Assembly: GCF_009914755.1 (NCBI RefSeq) | Contig: NC_060935.1 | Strand: one strand, 5' to 3' | DNA: 64,000 bases | Origin: the human T2T-CHM13v2.0 reference genome, Homo sapiens | Part shown: piece after piece, positions 43,201-61,701 of the stretch | How the letters are laid out: every line of letters begins with the position of its first letter | Numbering within the stretch: position 1 is the first letter of the stretch | Notes under the pieces: model-generated | The model's database searches: none | What the model was told of the DNA's origin: nothing | Seen by the model: the letters and a program-made list of their open reading frames with translations, nothing else | Made by a program: the position numbers and the translations under genes

Positions 43201-46200
43201 TGTATATATACTTTAATTTAGATTTTTATTATAGGACTTTTAAATATACACAAAAGTAGAGAGAAAAGTATAATGAACCCATACATACCCACCGGCTTCA
43301 ACATTTATCAAGAGTCTATCATTTTTGCTTCCATTCTTCACTTATCTCCCCCTATACTTTTTTTTCTGGATTATTTTAAATGATTTCCCACAAATACAGG
43401 AAGGAATATTTAACGGGAATAAATGGGAAGCTTAGTAGGGCAGTGGCTGTAAGGGGGTGCAAAGCTGCAGGAAAGATTCCCAGATTGTGAAGCGATGCCT
43501 GCCATGAACATAGAGGAGGAGGCAGGGGCAAGCGCCACGCACCTCCCACGTGCCACCTGCTTTCAGCCGAAGGAATAAACTCTTACTCTAATATTTTAGG
43601 CATTTACAGCTGGCAGGGGAGAATATTTTGGAGGAAACAGGGCTTTTCATGCTCCGATCACTCCTGGTAGGCAATTGCTTCTTCCTCTACCATCCGCTTT
43701 GTATCACTTTTCCAACTACTTGATGTGGTTTGAACAGAGTGGCTGTGAGTGGCAGTGGCACACAAGGCTTGCTGTGGTGAGTCTCTGTGGAAGGGAACAA
43801 AGCCAGGCAAGGCTCCAGGTGACAGCCTGCCTGTCACTGTGTAAGAGGAGGGAACAGCAGAACCTGCCATTTGGAGGGCTCATGGGCTTCCAGCCTCCTG
43901 CAGGAGGGTCAGCAGCTGTCAGTGGTATCCAAACTGCACTTTCTGCACAAAATGAAGATGTCACAGGGACAGAAGGAAATGCCAGTCAATTGACCTTTGA
44001 TTTGCTAGTTTATCCCAGCAGCAGTGTCAGGTTTGTCCTCAAAACTCTCTTCTGGCAAAGCCCACAGGTCCCAAGAACAGCTTTTATTCTGCGTGTGCTA
44101 GAAGCCAGGAGGAAGCTTTCTGTGTGTGTGTGTAGGGGGTGTGATGTGGGTGGGGAGAGGTGCTGGGGGGAGGTTTGAGGGCTTATGGGGCTGGGCACAG
44201 TGGCATCTTTGGAAACTGCTGCCATACATCTCTCACGTGTTAAGCTGTGTGTTCTAGAAGTGTCTGCAGGATTAGTTGGCTATTTGAGGAACAGGTGTTC
44301 TTGGGGTGGATTTGCCGGCATCGTTTAGATGGCAGGATGGTTCCGATTCACTGTTGAACCTGACATGATGGCAGGAGCCCAGAGGGGCCTCAGGAGGGTT
44401 CCCAGCCTGTGCAGATAGGTTCATCGCGTCCTGGCGGCACTCATATGCCACCCACACAATGTGAAGGGCCTTTAGGAGAGAGAAACTGTTTGTTCACAGT
44501 GAGGTCTGCTGTTGGCCACATGGGCCTTGCTCGAGTCTGGTTTGCTTTTTTTAGTGCTAGGGAACTCGTGAAGACTATTTTTTCTGGCTTGAGCTAAAGA
44601 GAGGCTACAAGCCCTCCATCTCAGCATTTTCTAAAGTGTACTCTGCTAAGTACTAATTCAGTGGAATTAGGGTGGGTAGGAGATGTTTGTGTGGGACAGC
44701 ACTCCACCCATTCTGTGGATGGACAGTGGGTGGAAGAGTTCCATGATGAAGTCAGTTGGGAAATTGTGGACTGAACAGGCCTGTTTGCGGCAGGAATTCT
44801 CAGGACCTTTATCATACCAATGTGCATTGTGACTTTCTAAGAGAGGGCTATCATAGGCTGTGCTCCTACTGTTTGTTTAGCTATAGAGCCCTTGCTACAA
44901 GTGTTTCACCAAACCTACTTTGGGAAATAGAGTCTAACTTGAATGAGGATTCATCCTGCTGATTTTCCTAAGTCATCAACACCAAACGACTCACAATCTA
45001 TACTTCTCTCAACTAACCCAGAAATAGTTTGATATTTATATTATTATAAGCTCTTACCCAAAGAGTGTTGAAACTTGATTTTATATTTCCTTTCTAGTTT
45101 ATTAAAAATTCCAATTTGTGTCTGTGTAACTCAAAATGGGAGCCTGGAACCATGTTTACTCTTCTGATGACCCGGAAAGGCAGTCATCTGCAATTTACAG
45201 ATGGGGACACAAAAGCTCCGAGAGGTTTAGTCATTGGCTCAGGGTCTTGCAGCTGGTAACAGAGATGTGGACGTGGGTTTTTCTAGCTTTTCTCTCAGCA
45301 GGTGAAGGAAGGGCAGGTTTTCCTTGCTTGGTGTCTGTCTTGCCCACAAGAATATAAACACTTTCCATGAGGGCAGGGACTTTGTTTTGTTCACTTCGGT
45401 GTCTCCAGTGCCCAGTGTTCCAGTGCACATGGTATGTGCTCTGAATATGTTTATTCAAGGAAGGAATTACTATCTTCTCATCTATGCAATAAAAATGCAT
45501 TAAATGTCTCTTCTACGTCCCCAAGAATGCAGGTCTGAGAAAGTGCAGCTGAAAACACAAACTTGGTGAGGCCAAGTCAAACGATAAAGCCAAGCTGTTT
45601 TGGGGCACAGAGAAAAATGAGTTCACTTTGTGGGAGTGCTGGAGTGCTGTCTCTGAATCCTGACTTCTTTTAAAGTTAAAAGAAAGAAAAGAATATTAAG
45701 TACATGCGCCTGGGGAAAAATCATTAAAATAGTACAGAAAGGTATGAAATAAAACATAAGTCTTCCTCTTCACCTCCATTGCTAGTCCTGTTCTTCACTC
45801 GACTTTCTTGAGGGGAGAAAGCATTGGTGGTGGTTTTGTTCATAACTCAAATAATATGCTTATATTTGCATTTCTTGATTCATCAATATGAAGTAGTAGC
45901 TATTGACTCCTCTCTATGATAGATGAGGCATGTATCTCCCCAACTTCTGCCTGCCAATTTTTGTTATATTTTTATTCTTCTATGTATTTCCTCTATAATT
46001 TAAAACAAGGTGCCTAAACCATCATTCTTTGATTCATTAACTTAGTATGTCTTGTTTCTCTATCATGTAATGTAAGGAAATTAACTCCATGTTGCCTCCT
46101 TTCTCTTCCCCCCAATATTGGTCAGCGCTAACTTTACTTTTATGTTGTCAAAGTGTAGAACATTTACATTTCATATTGTACCCAAAACTAGACCCTTTCT

Positions 46201-46656
46201 TGCTTTGTTTATATGTAAGTTGATGCTGAAAATTGAAAATCAATACATGGCTTTAACAATAGTGTGATTTTGTAAAGATTATTTGCTGCAGAACCAGAAG
46301 AGTGTTTGTCTTTATGGAGGAGATGTAATCCTATGTCCAGATGTAATCTTTGCTCTTCAAAAGAGGTTGTTCCAAGCATCAAGGTAAACAGAATCTTGCT
46401 GTATGCTAACAATTCTTCAATATAATAACTCATTTTCAATCTGGAACACGAGTCTTATTCTGGAATTTATAATTGCGTGTGTCTGTTTTCTGGTTGACAT
46501 GCCTTCACCATGTTACTAAGAATTTCCAACTTCTTAATCATTCTATTTGGAAAGTGGCCAATTTGGAACAGACTTTCTAGCTGTGTCATCCTGAACTTTT
46601 CTGATGCACTCCTTAGTTCTACCATTTGCTAGGTCCCATATCTTTCTTTCTTAGGT

Positions 46657-47218
46657 TTGAGGGACTGAATAAATAAATGGATAATAGCCAAACCATATTA
46701 AAAAACAAAACACTGACTCACAGGCTGCAGCAACCATCCCAGGAAACCAAAACATTATCTACAGTAACCAGCCCAAGAAGCCTGCTTATTATCTATAAGT
46801 CAGATGGATAGTAAGTCAGACCACTGTCTCCAGCACCCAGCCCAAGAGGCCTAACAATAACCTCAGAAACAATGGGCCTCCAACAGCCAGGACTTGATTA
46901 ATATCTGACAGCATCCCTAATTTTTGTCTCTGCTTCCAATTTGGGACCAACCAGAGAGAGCTGTATATGCACCTGTAATCAATCCTATGGGATGCCGAGC
47001 TTCTAGTTAGTCCACCTGCAACCTCCCCATGCCAACAGCCTCCAGTCAGGGCATACCTGAAACCTTTCCTTTTTTCCACTATACAGCTTTCCCATTTTTC
47101 TGCTTGTTTTTGAGTCTCTGCCAAAATGCAATGGATGGTGGCTGACTCTCTTGCTAGAGCAAGCTCTGAATAAATAGCCTTTGCTTGTTCTCATTTGATT
47201 GGTGCTTGTTTATTTCCA
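46657..47218 (+). mobile_element. ERV solo LTR (family not determined) inserted in old L1M sequence
   Basis: tg...ca termini; U3-like repeats; AATAAA at ~47169 followed by U5-like gcctttgcttgttctcatttgattgg. Confidence 0.6.
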
Positions 47219-47775
47219 AAGCTTCCTTTTTGTTTGTTTTCTTTTCTGGAGCATATCCTGAGGCAACTTTTTTTTTCAGGTAAAATTTCTGGGTCTTGGC
47301 AGGTCTGAAAATATCTTTATTTTTGTCCTCTTCCTTGGGTGGCTTCTGGGTTCAAAATAAGTTAACTCAAAATTTTGTAGGAATTACTTCACTGTCTCCT
47401 AGCATCCAGAATTGTCGTTGAGAAGATTATCAATCTTTTGTAGGTAAATTGCTTCCTGCAGTGGTTTTAGAAACTTTCCCTTTTCCATGTACTGAAACCG
47501 CATGAGGATATTTATGTCTAAGTATGAGTCTTTTGAGAATCATCCTGCTTAGTACTTGGTGGGCCTTTTGGCATAGAGACTTGAAATATTTATTTTATTC
47601 TTTTCTCCCTTCCTTTCTCTTGGTTCTTTCTCTCTGTCTCGACTTCTATGAGATAGATATAGGCTCTAATTAATCTTCTGTGTCTCTAATTTTTTCCCTC
47701 ATATAATTTTTGTCTTTTTACTTTCCATGTTAGAATACTTTCTTGTATTTCTTCTTCAATAGTTATATATAACTA

Positions 47776-48054
<279 letters not shown>

Positions 48055-51000
48055 TCAATGAACTCAAGTGCATTTTTTGGTCAGACTCAGAGTGGAAATA
48101 GAACAAAGACTCTCGGATTGAAGGCAAATCAATTCATCGTATATTTTATTGCCATTACCCCAAAGCACCCTGCAAGCCACAAATAGAGAACATGGGGCAA
48201 AGAGGCAATGACAAGCGGGGCTGGAGGTCCTTTTGTCCTTTACTGTGTCTAAGTGATTTGGGTAGATGGCAGATCCTGAGGGAGTACACTTGTGGCCGGG
48301 GGAGATTTGCAGGGCTCTGCCACATTCTCACTGTTCTGAGGATGCTCAAATAATATTGCACAGAAACAGTGGAATTTGTTTGAAAGGGCACTCGGAGTTT
48401 ATTTTGCTCTCTCCTAATTTCTTCCTCCAAGCAGAAGTCAGAGTTATAGTAACCTAGCTTTGGAATAACAAGTTATATGTTTCTCAGACAATTAAAAAAT
48501 ATGTTCATAAACAACTTTGCAGAGAAGGGGAAAAAACTGCAGAAAAGCTGGCTCAACCATTTTGTGAACTGATTAGAAAAAAGAAGACTCTGGCATTATT
48601 CCTTGTATATTGTGCATAGATTTCGAGGAGAGAGAGAAGTCATTGCCTGGCATCCAGTCTGGAGTGGCTGGGGTATTCTTCAGATCTACAATGACAAAAG
48701 CTAAGGGACAATGATGCTAAGATGTCAGACAGTGTCTGCACCTTGTTCCAGCAGGAGCCAGTGGTCCTCACACTGTGACAGGGCATTGGTTCTGCATGGA
48801 TACCACATCTTTTCCTGTAGTGAGCCCAAGTACACGCCAGGGTCACACAGCCAGCAAGAGGCAGAGCTAGGATTCGTACCTAGGACTCTTTGATCTCACA
48901 GTGTGTGTCCTTTCTTCCACAGCATTGCCTTGCATCATTTATTTAAAGAATTAAGCATCCAAAAGGCAAGAATAATGTGCACATCAGCCATGAACATGGG
49001 TGGGAATAAACTGTAATGTGCCACTGTGGTTCAGGGAAAGGAGTGCTCGGTAGGGCTGAATGGAGTATGTCCTGTCCACATTCCACCCAAGCCGCAGGGA
49101 CGCACAGGCCTGGCCTAGTGCCAATACTCAGTCAGCATGTGCTGTTGAATGAACAAGCTGGGGCAGCCAGAAGAAGTTTTGTGGAAAAGGCAGGACTTGA
49201 GCTGGGCTTTGAAGATACGTAGGTCTGGGAGGGCAGAGAGGGCAGAAAGAGCATCCCAGGTCCCGAGAAACAGGATAGAGCAGATTATGAAGGTGGGGGC
49301 AAAGAATGGGGTTGCAAACCCATGGCAGATCAACTGGAAGCAGCAGCAAAGGCCGAGTGACAGCAAGCCCTAAACATCAGTAACAGAGCCTGGAGAGGAA
49401 AGGATGAAGGCATTGATTCGTGGGAAAGTTGTGCTGTCTTTAAGTATGTAGCCACGAGGAAGATCCCTTGATTTCTGAAAATGAATGAAGTTAGCTAATC
49501 CAATGAAATAATAATAAGAGCTATTTTACTGTGTCCTTGCCATGACCACAGACTTTGCTCAGTGCTTTACGTACATTACCTGAGCTAATCCTAACCTCTC
49601 TTTGTGAGGTAGATTCATTATCCCTGTTTCAAAAGATGGAGAAATGGAGGCTTCGAGAAACTCAGAGAGGTGAAGAAACTTGCCCAAGTCACACAGCCAG
49701 CAAGGACAGAGCAAGAAGTTAAAGCCAGTTGTGTCTGTCTCTGAAGTTCTCTCTTAATGGCTAGGTTTGAGTGCTTCCCACAACAGGTACATTTGGCTGA
49801 TACTGCAAAAATGACGGTCCCTGGGTTAACGGGAGGCATGTCTGGCTGCTAGGTCATCCGAGAGGCAGATTGGGGCAGGTTTCTAGGAAGTATAGGCTCG
49901 CCTTGCGGAGGACCAGGTTGGCACAGTTTGACTGCTGTGCACTAAGGCAGGGCACAGAGCTGATGCCCTCAAGGTCAATTCCAGCCACATTTCTCTGTGA
50001 TTCTATGACTCAAAAGCTTGGAAACAACCTCAAAGGATTAAATAAATGAGGGAACAAAGTATTTGCTCTCCTCTATTAAGCCTTGGCTGGGAGTCTTTCT
50101 TCCACACTCCTCACATGCAAAATGCTGTTTGTGGGAGCAGATTAACATTTCAAACCACTTCCTGCAATTAGACGGGAACACCTGGTTTTGCAATAACTCT
50201 CATTTTCTGTGTGTGCTGAGAGGTTTTTGAAATTCCCATGCTCAGTGGATTACCCTAATGGCTGGTCACCAGCTGTTACGTTGGCATGTTGCACAACAAT
50301 TTATTGCAGCTCCCCACAGGCATTTGGCAGAGGCCCCAGCAAAATCAGGTAGCAGGTTAATGCTGACGCCTTCACTTCCTCCTGTCACATGGGGCCCAGG
50401 ATCCTCTTCAGTGATAAGTGGCTCAGGCTTAGGGGGAGAGTGTCAGGAGCTGGAGACCATGTAGGGCAGCAAGAAGAACCCTTCTTGCCTCAGCATCTGG
50501 GTTGATTAATCAAAGCCGAAGGTGTGGGCAGGGGGCAATTTGAGGATGGGAGTTTGAGAGATGTATCGTCTGTGAAACCGTACACTGCTCTGTGAAGCCT
50601 TAGCCACACATCATTATTTGTGGACTTTATACCAACATTATTGATGGAGACAGCAAGTTTTGGAGTCTTTTTAAACAGCAACAATCATCCCCTCGCCCCT
50701 GCAAACAAACAAACAAAAATCTAGGATCTAGGTAGAAAGATAGCAGACATTTATTGGTTTTCCTTGGATGTCCTAACATCAAGCTGTCTTCCCCATTGCG
50801 TGTAATATTGCTGGGAGGCAGGGCCCTGCCTCTGTCCTCAGAAACCAACTTGGGGGAGGTTCTCTGTGTCCTGGCTCCTGACCTCAGGACACAAGCATGG
50901 GACTTGAGCCAGTCCAATTACGCACTCCCACCCAGGACTTTGAATCTGACGCCAGGACTTCAAAGATGCAAACAGAAAGGTGAAAGAAAGGATAATTAGC

Positions 51001-52540
51001 ATTCATCCATGGGTGTCATCACAGCATCTGGCGGTGGCAGTGCCCTGACAAATGTCTTTACTAAAGTGTGGCCGTATTACCTGCCCTCAGATGCTTGGCT
51101 CATGGCACTTTCCAGGACTGGAGATCAGTTTTAGAAGACAGTTGTTGAGTCTAAGAGCTCCTTAGAGTCATCCATGGCCATTGTCAAATAAACAAATCCG
51201 GACTTAGAATGGATTTTATGGGAAGGATTATTTCAAGGGGTGGGATAGGAAGGGACTATTGCAATAGAGAGAATGCTCTGACCATAATAGAGTCATTCCC
51301 CCTTCTCCAAGAGGGACGTGTTCCAAGACCCCCAGTGGAGTGTGAAACCGTGGATAGTAGCAAACCCTATATATTTAATGTTTTTTTTCCCTATACATAC
51401 ATATCTATGATAAATTTTAGCTTATAAATTAGGCAAGTAAGAGACTAACAATAGTAACTAACAATAAATAAATAAATAATAAAAATAAAAAATTATATCA
51501 ATATACTGTAATAAAAGTTACGTGAATGTGATCTTTCTCTCAAAGTATCTTAGCGAATTGTACTCACTTTTTAAAAATTATACTTTAAGTTCTAGGGTAC
51601 ATGTGCACAACGTGCAGGTTTGTTACATAGGTATACATGTGCCATATTGGTTTGCTGCACCCATCAACTCGTCATTTACATTAGGTATTTCTCCTAATGC
51701 TATCCCTCCCCCAGGCCCCAGCCCCCCTGACAGGCCCCAGTGTGTGATGTTCCCTGCCCTGTGTCCATGTGTTTTCCTTGTTCAACTCCCACCTATGAAT
51801 GAGAACATGTGGTGTTTGGTTTTCTGTCCTTGTGATAGTTTGCTTAGAAAGATGGTTTCCAGCTTTATCCATGTCCCTGCAAAGGACATGAACTCATCCG
51901 TTTTCATGGCTGCATAGTATTCCATGGTGTATATGTGCCACATTTTCTTAATCCAGTCTATCATTGATGGACATTTGGGTTGGTTCCAAGTCTTTGCTAT
52001 TGTGAATAGTGCCACAATAAACATACATGTGCATGTGTCTTTATAGTAGCATGACTTATAATCCTTTGGGTATATACTCAGTAATGGGATGGCTGGGTCA
52101 AATGGTATTTCTAGTTCTAGATCCTTGAGGAATCACCACACTGTCTCTCACAATGGTTGAACTAATTTACACTCCCACCAACAGTGTAAAAGCATTCCTG
52201 TTTCTCCACATCCTCTCCAGCATCTGTTGTTTCCTGACTTTTTAATGATTGCTATTCTAACTGGCGTGAGATGGTACCTCATTGTGGTTTTGATTTGCAT
52301 TTCTCTGATGATCAGTGATGATGAGCATTTTTTCGTATGTCTGTTGGCTGCATAGATGGCTTCTTTGAGAAGTGTCTGGTCATATCCTTTGCCCACTTTT
52401 TGATGGAGTTGTTTGCTTTTTTCTTGTAAATTTGTTTAAGTTCTTTGTAGATTCTGGATATTAGCCCTTTGTAAGACGGGTAGACTGCAAAAATTTTCTC
52501 CCATTCTGTAGGCTGCCTGTTCACTCTGATGATAGTTTCT

Positions 52541-54868
<2,328 letters not shown>

Positions 54869-55337
54869 TTAATTAGATCCCATTTGTCTATTTTGGCTTT
54901 TGTTGCCATTGTTTTTTGTGTTTCAGTCATGAAGTCTTTGTCCATGCCTATGTCCTGAATGGTATTGCCTAGGTTTTCTTCTAGGGTTTTTATGGTTTTA
55001 GGTTTTACATTTAAGTCTTTAATCCATCTTGAGTTAATGTTTTATACAGTGTAAGGAAGGGATCTAGTTTCAGCTTTCTACATAGGCCATACTTTCTACA
55101 TAGCCATACTATGGCTAGCCAGTTTTCCCAACCCCATTTAGTAAATAGAGAATCCTTTCCCTGTTGCTTATTTTGTCAGGTTTGTCAAAGATAAGATGAT
55201 TGTAGATGTGTGGTGTTATTTCTGAGGCCTCTATTCTGTTCCATTGGTCTATATATCTGTTTTGGTACCAGTATCATGCTGTTTTGTTTTCTGTAGTCTT
55301 GTAGTATAGTTTGAAGTCAGATAGTGTGATGCCTCTA

Positions 55338-55517
<180 letters not shown>

Positions 55518-56832
55518 TCATGAGCATGGAATGTTCTTCCATTCGTTTGTGTCCTCTCTTATTTCCTTGAGCAGTGGTTTGTAGTTCTCCTTGAAGAGGT
55601 GCTTCACATCCCTTGTAAGCTGGATTTCTAGGTATTTTATTCTCTTTGTAGTAATTGTGAATGGGAGTTCACTCATGATTTGGCTCTCTGTTTGTCTATT
55701 ATTGGTGTATAGAAATGCTTGTGATTTTTGCTCATTGATTTTGTATCCTGAGACTTTGCTGAAGTTGCTTATCAGCTTAAGAAGATTTTGGGCTGAGATG
55801 ATAGGGTTTTCTAAATATAAAATCATGTCATCTGCAAACACAGACAATTTGACTTCCCCTTTTTCTAATTGAATACTATTTATTTCTTTCTCTTGCCTGA
55901 TTGCCCTAGCTAGAACTTTCAACACTATGTTGAATAGGAGTGGTGAGAGAGGGCATCCTTGTCTTGTGCTGGTTTTCAAAGGGAATGCTTCTAGTTTTTG
56001 CCCATATAGTATGATATTGGGTGTGGGTTTGTCATAAATAGCTCTTATTTGTTTGAGATATGTTCCATCAATACCAGTTTATTGAGAGTTTTTAGCATGA
56101 AAGGTTGTTGAATTTTGTCGAAGGCCTTTTCTGCATCTATTGAGATAATCGTGTGGTTTTTGTTGTTGGTTCTGTTTATGTGATGGATTACATTTACTGA
56201 TTTGTGTATGTTGAACCAGCCTTGCATCCCAGTGATGAAGCTGACTTGATCGTGGTGGATGAGATTTTTGATGTGCTGCTGAATTCGGTTTGCCAGTATT
56301 TTATTGGGGATTTTCGCATCAATGTTCATCAGGGATATTGGCCTAAAATTCTCTTTTTTTGTTGTGTCTCTGCCAGGCTTTGGTATCAGGATGATGCTGG
56401 CCTCATAAAATGAGTTAGGGAGGATTCCCTCTTGTTCTATTGATTGGAATAGTTTCAGAAGGAATGGTATCAGCTCCTCTTTGTATCTCTGGTAGAATTC
56501 AGCCATGAATCGGTCTGGTCCTGGACTTTTTTTGGTTGGTAGGCTATTAATTATTGCCTCACTTTCAGAACCTGTTATTGGTCTATTCAGAGATTCCACT
56601 TCTTCCTGTTTTATTCTTGGGGGGTGTATGTGTTCAGGAATTTATCCATTTCTCTAGATTTTCTAGTTTATTTGCATAGAAGTGTTTATAGGATTCTCTA
56701 ATGGTAGTTTGTATTTCTGTGGGATCGGTGGTGATATCCCCTTTATCATTTTTTATTGCATTGATTTGATTCTTCTCTCTTTTCTTCTTTATTAGTCTTG
56801 CTAGTGGTCTATCTATTTTGTTGATGTTTTCA

Positions 56833-59000
<2,168 letters not shown>

Positions 59001-59975
59001 CTTTGTGGTTTTATCTACCTTTGGTCTTTGATGATGGTGACCTACAGATGGGGTTTTTGTGTGGACCTCCTTTTTGTTGATGTTGATGCTATTCCTTTGT
59101 GTTTGTTAGTTTTCCTTCCAACAGTCAAGCCCCTCAGCTGCAGGTCTGTTGGAGTTTGCCTGAGGTCCATCCAGATCTTGTTTGCCTGGGTATCACCAGT
59201 GGAGGCTGCAGAACAGCAAATGTTGCTGCCTGATCCTTCCTCTGGAAGCTTCATCCCAGAGGGGCGCCCGCCTGTTTGAGGTGTCTGTCGGCCCCTAGTG
59301 GGAGGTGTCTCCTAGTCAGGCTACACAGGGGTCAGGGACCCACTTGAGGAGGCAGTCTGTCCATTCTTGGAGTTCAAACGCCGTGCTGAGAGAACCACTG
59401 CTTTCTTCAGAGCAGTCAGATGGGGATGTTTTTAATGTACTCACCTATTTTTTGACCACAGTTGACTTTGGGTAACTGAAGCTCCAGAAAGTGAAACTGT
59501 GGATAAGGCCGGGGGACTAATGTATGTGCAGGTCTCTCAAAGGTTAGGCAAAAAGGGTTTTTCTTTTATAGGGAGGAGTAAACAAGGCTAGAAAGAACCA
59601 CTGTGAAGAAGTGGGATGAGAGGATCAGGACAGCAGCTCAGAGAATGTTATAATCGTGAGACCTGCCTGCTCTCAGGATGGGCTGTCTGCTGGCTTAGGG
59701 TGAGGGTGAGCCAAAGTTCAGGGACACGGGGAAGGGGAGAAACTTAGCTAATGTTTGGTTTTCAGGCATTTTGTTCGGATTGTTCCTATTGAATGGTTGG
59801 GGATGAAATGGTTCTGGTGATCATTTATAAGGCAAAACATGGGAGTTTGGAGAGTCTGTGTCTAGCTTTGTCACAGGTGATCAAGGGAGACATCCATGGT
59901 TCTTATGTGAGTCAAATGGGGAAGGGGAGTTCTTTGCAGGATGGCATTCACTAGAACACAAAAGGGTGGGAGACC

Positions 59976-60409
<434 letters not shown>

Positions 60410-60976
60410 AGTGGGGGACTTTTGAACCTTCCATGCTTCCCAGGAGCACAGGGCTCAGGTGGAATTCAACACTATCACAACAAACCTGTCTGCTAAGAAG
60501 AAAACACATTTGGGAATCCTCTACTACTGCTGGGTAATCTTCTAATGTGATCTTGGTGATCAGCCATGGAGGTGGGTTATTATTATCACTCCCACCTTAT
60601 GGATAGGTGCAGGATGGGGCAGAGGCTGAGGAGCTTCTGAGGCGCCACACCAGGTAGCGGCTGAGCTGAGACCTGAACCCTGGTTTCTCAGATTCCAGCC
60701 CTGCTTACACCCTTGGCACAGTACTGCCTTTTCACATGGTCTCAGTCAGTGACTTACTGAATACCATAAATCTGGTTTATTTTTAAGAAAGACACTAGCA
60801 CAATTATCTAACATTGTAAATCATCCATAGGTATTTGTGGAATTTTTCATGATGATTATGTTACATCAGTATCCAACAGAATATGAAAGTGGAGATCAGT
60901 TACAATTTCAATTTCCTAGAATAAAATTTTGCTGTATAATTTCTATGCAGTCATTAGCATTCACCCTGCTTAACAG

Positions 60977-61312
60977 GCTTGGCTTCTAAAGAAAAAGGAT
61001 CGCATTAGCACAACTGCGAAGCCCCCAGCATTGCAATCAATGCTGCTGCAAGCCTTCTTTACCAAAATAACAATTCTTCCTAAGGAATGAAAAAGAGATG
61101 TAAGTCTTACTATACCTTTCTCTTTATATGTTTTCAGATTCCCTGCCAAATAACCCCCACAACAAAAACCATGGTGATGAAGTATTTCATATGGCATCAG
61201 AGTGGGATAGCAAATGGAGGCTTTATTTTGGTTTTGAGAAAGCCATAGTCCTGAGAAGGCTCTGGTCACACGTGATTGTGACTGTGTGAGAGGAATCTTC
61301 TTGGAACATGGG
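60977..61312 (+). other. Candidate non-coding exon(s): 60977-61099 or 61138-61312
   Basis: ctgcttaacag| ... gat|gtaagt and ctttctctttatatgttttcag| ... ggg|gtaaaa; only 38 nt apart, so both cannot be spliced as separate exons. Confidence 0.3.
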
Positions 61313-61623
61313 GTAAAAATAGGATGCTGCAGAGAGGCAGCAAAGGGACTCAGGGTTCTGTGCTTCAGGCAGCACTGGTCCTTTGGATGCCTCAAGGCTA
61401 AGGGTTAGTGCCTGTGCTGCTTCCTTCCTCCTACTGCTCCCCCAGGCTGCCCAGGGCTGATACTTGACCGCCCCTATTCATACAGGCCTTCTCTTCTAGC
61501 TTCTGGGGGTGGGGTGGCAGTGGAGGCTGCCATCCTGCTTCTCCATTGGTACACCCACATCTCAATGTCTGGAGTGTATTGAGACCTCAGAGCCAGCAAC
61601 GAGTACCCCTCAGTGTGATGACC

Positions 61624-61701
61624 AGCACAGCCCTTGCTATGGTCATGGCTATGGGCTTGGGTAGCACAGCCCTTGCTGTGGTCATGGCTATGGGCTTGGG
61701 T
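61624..61701. repeat. 39-bp tandem duplication (2 copies, 1 mismatch)
   Basis: agcacagcccttgct(a/g)tggtcatggctatgggcttgggt x2. Confidence 0.95.
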
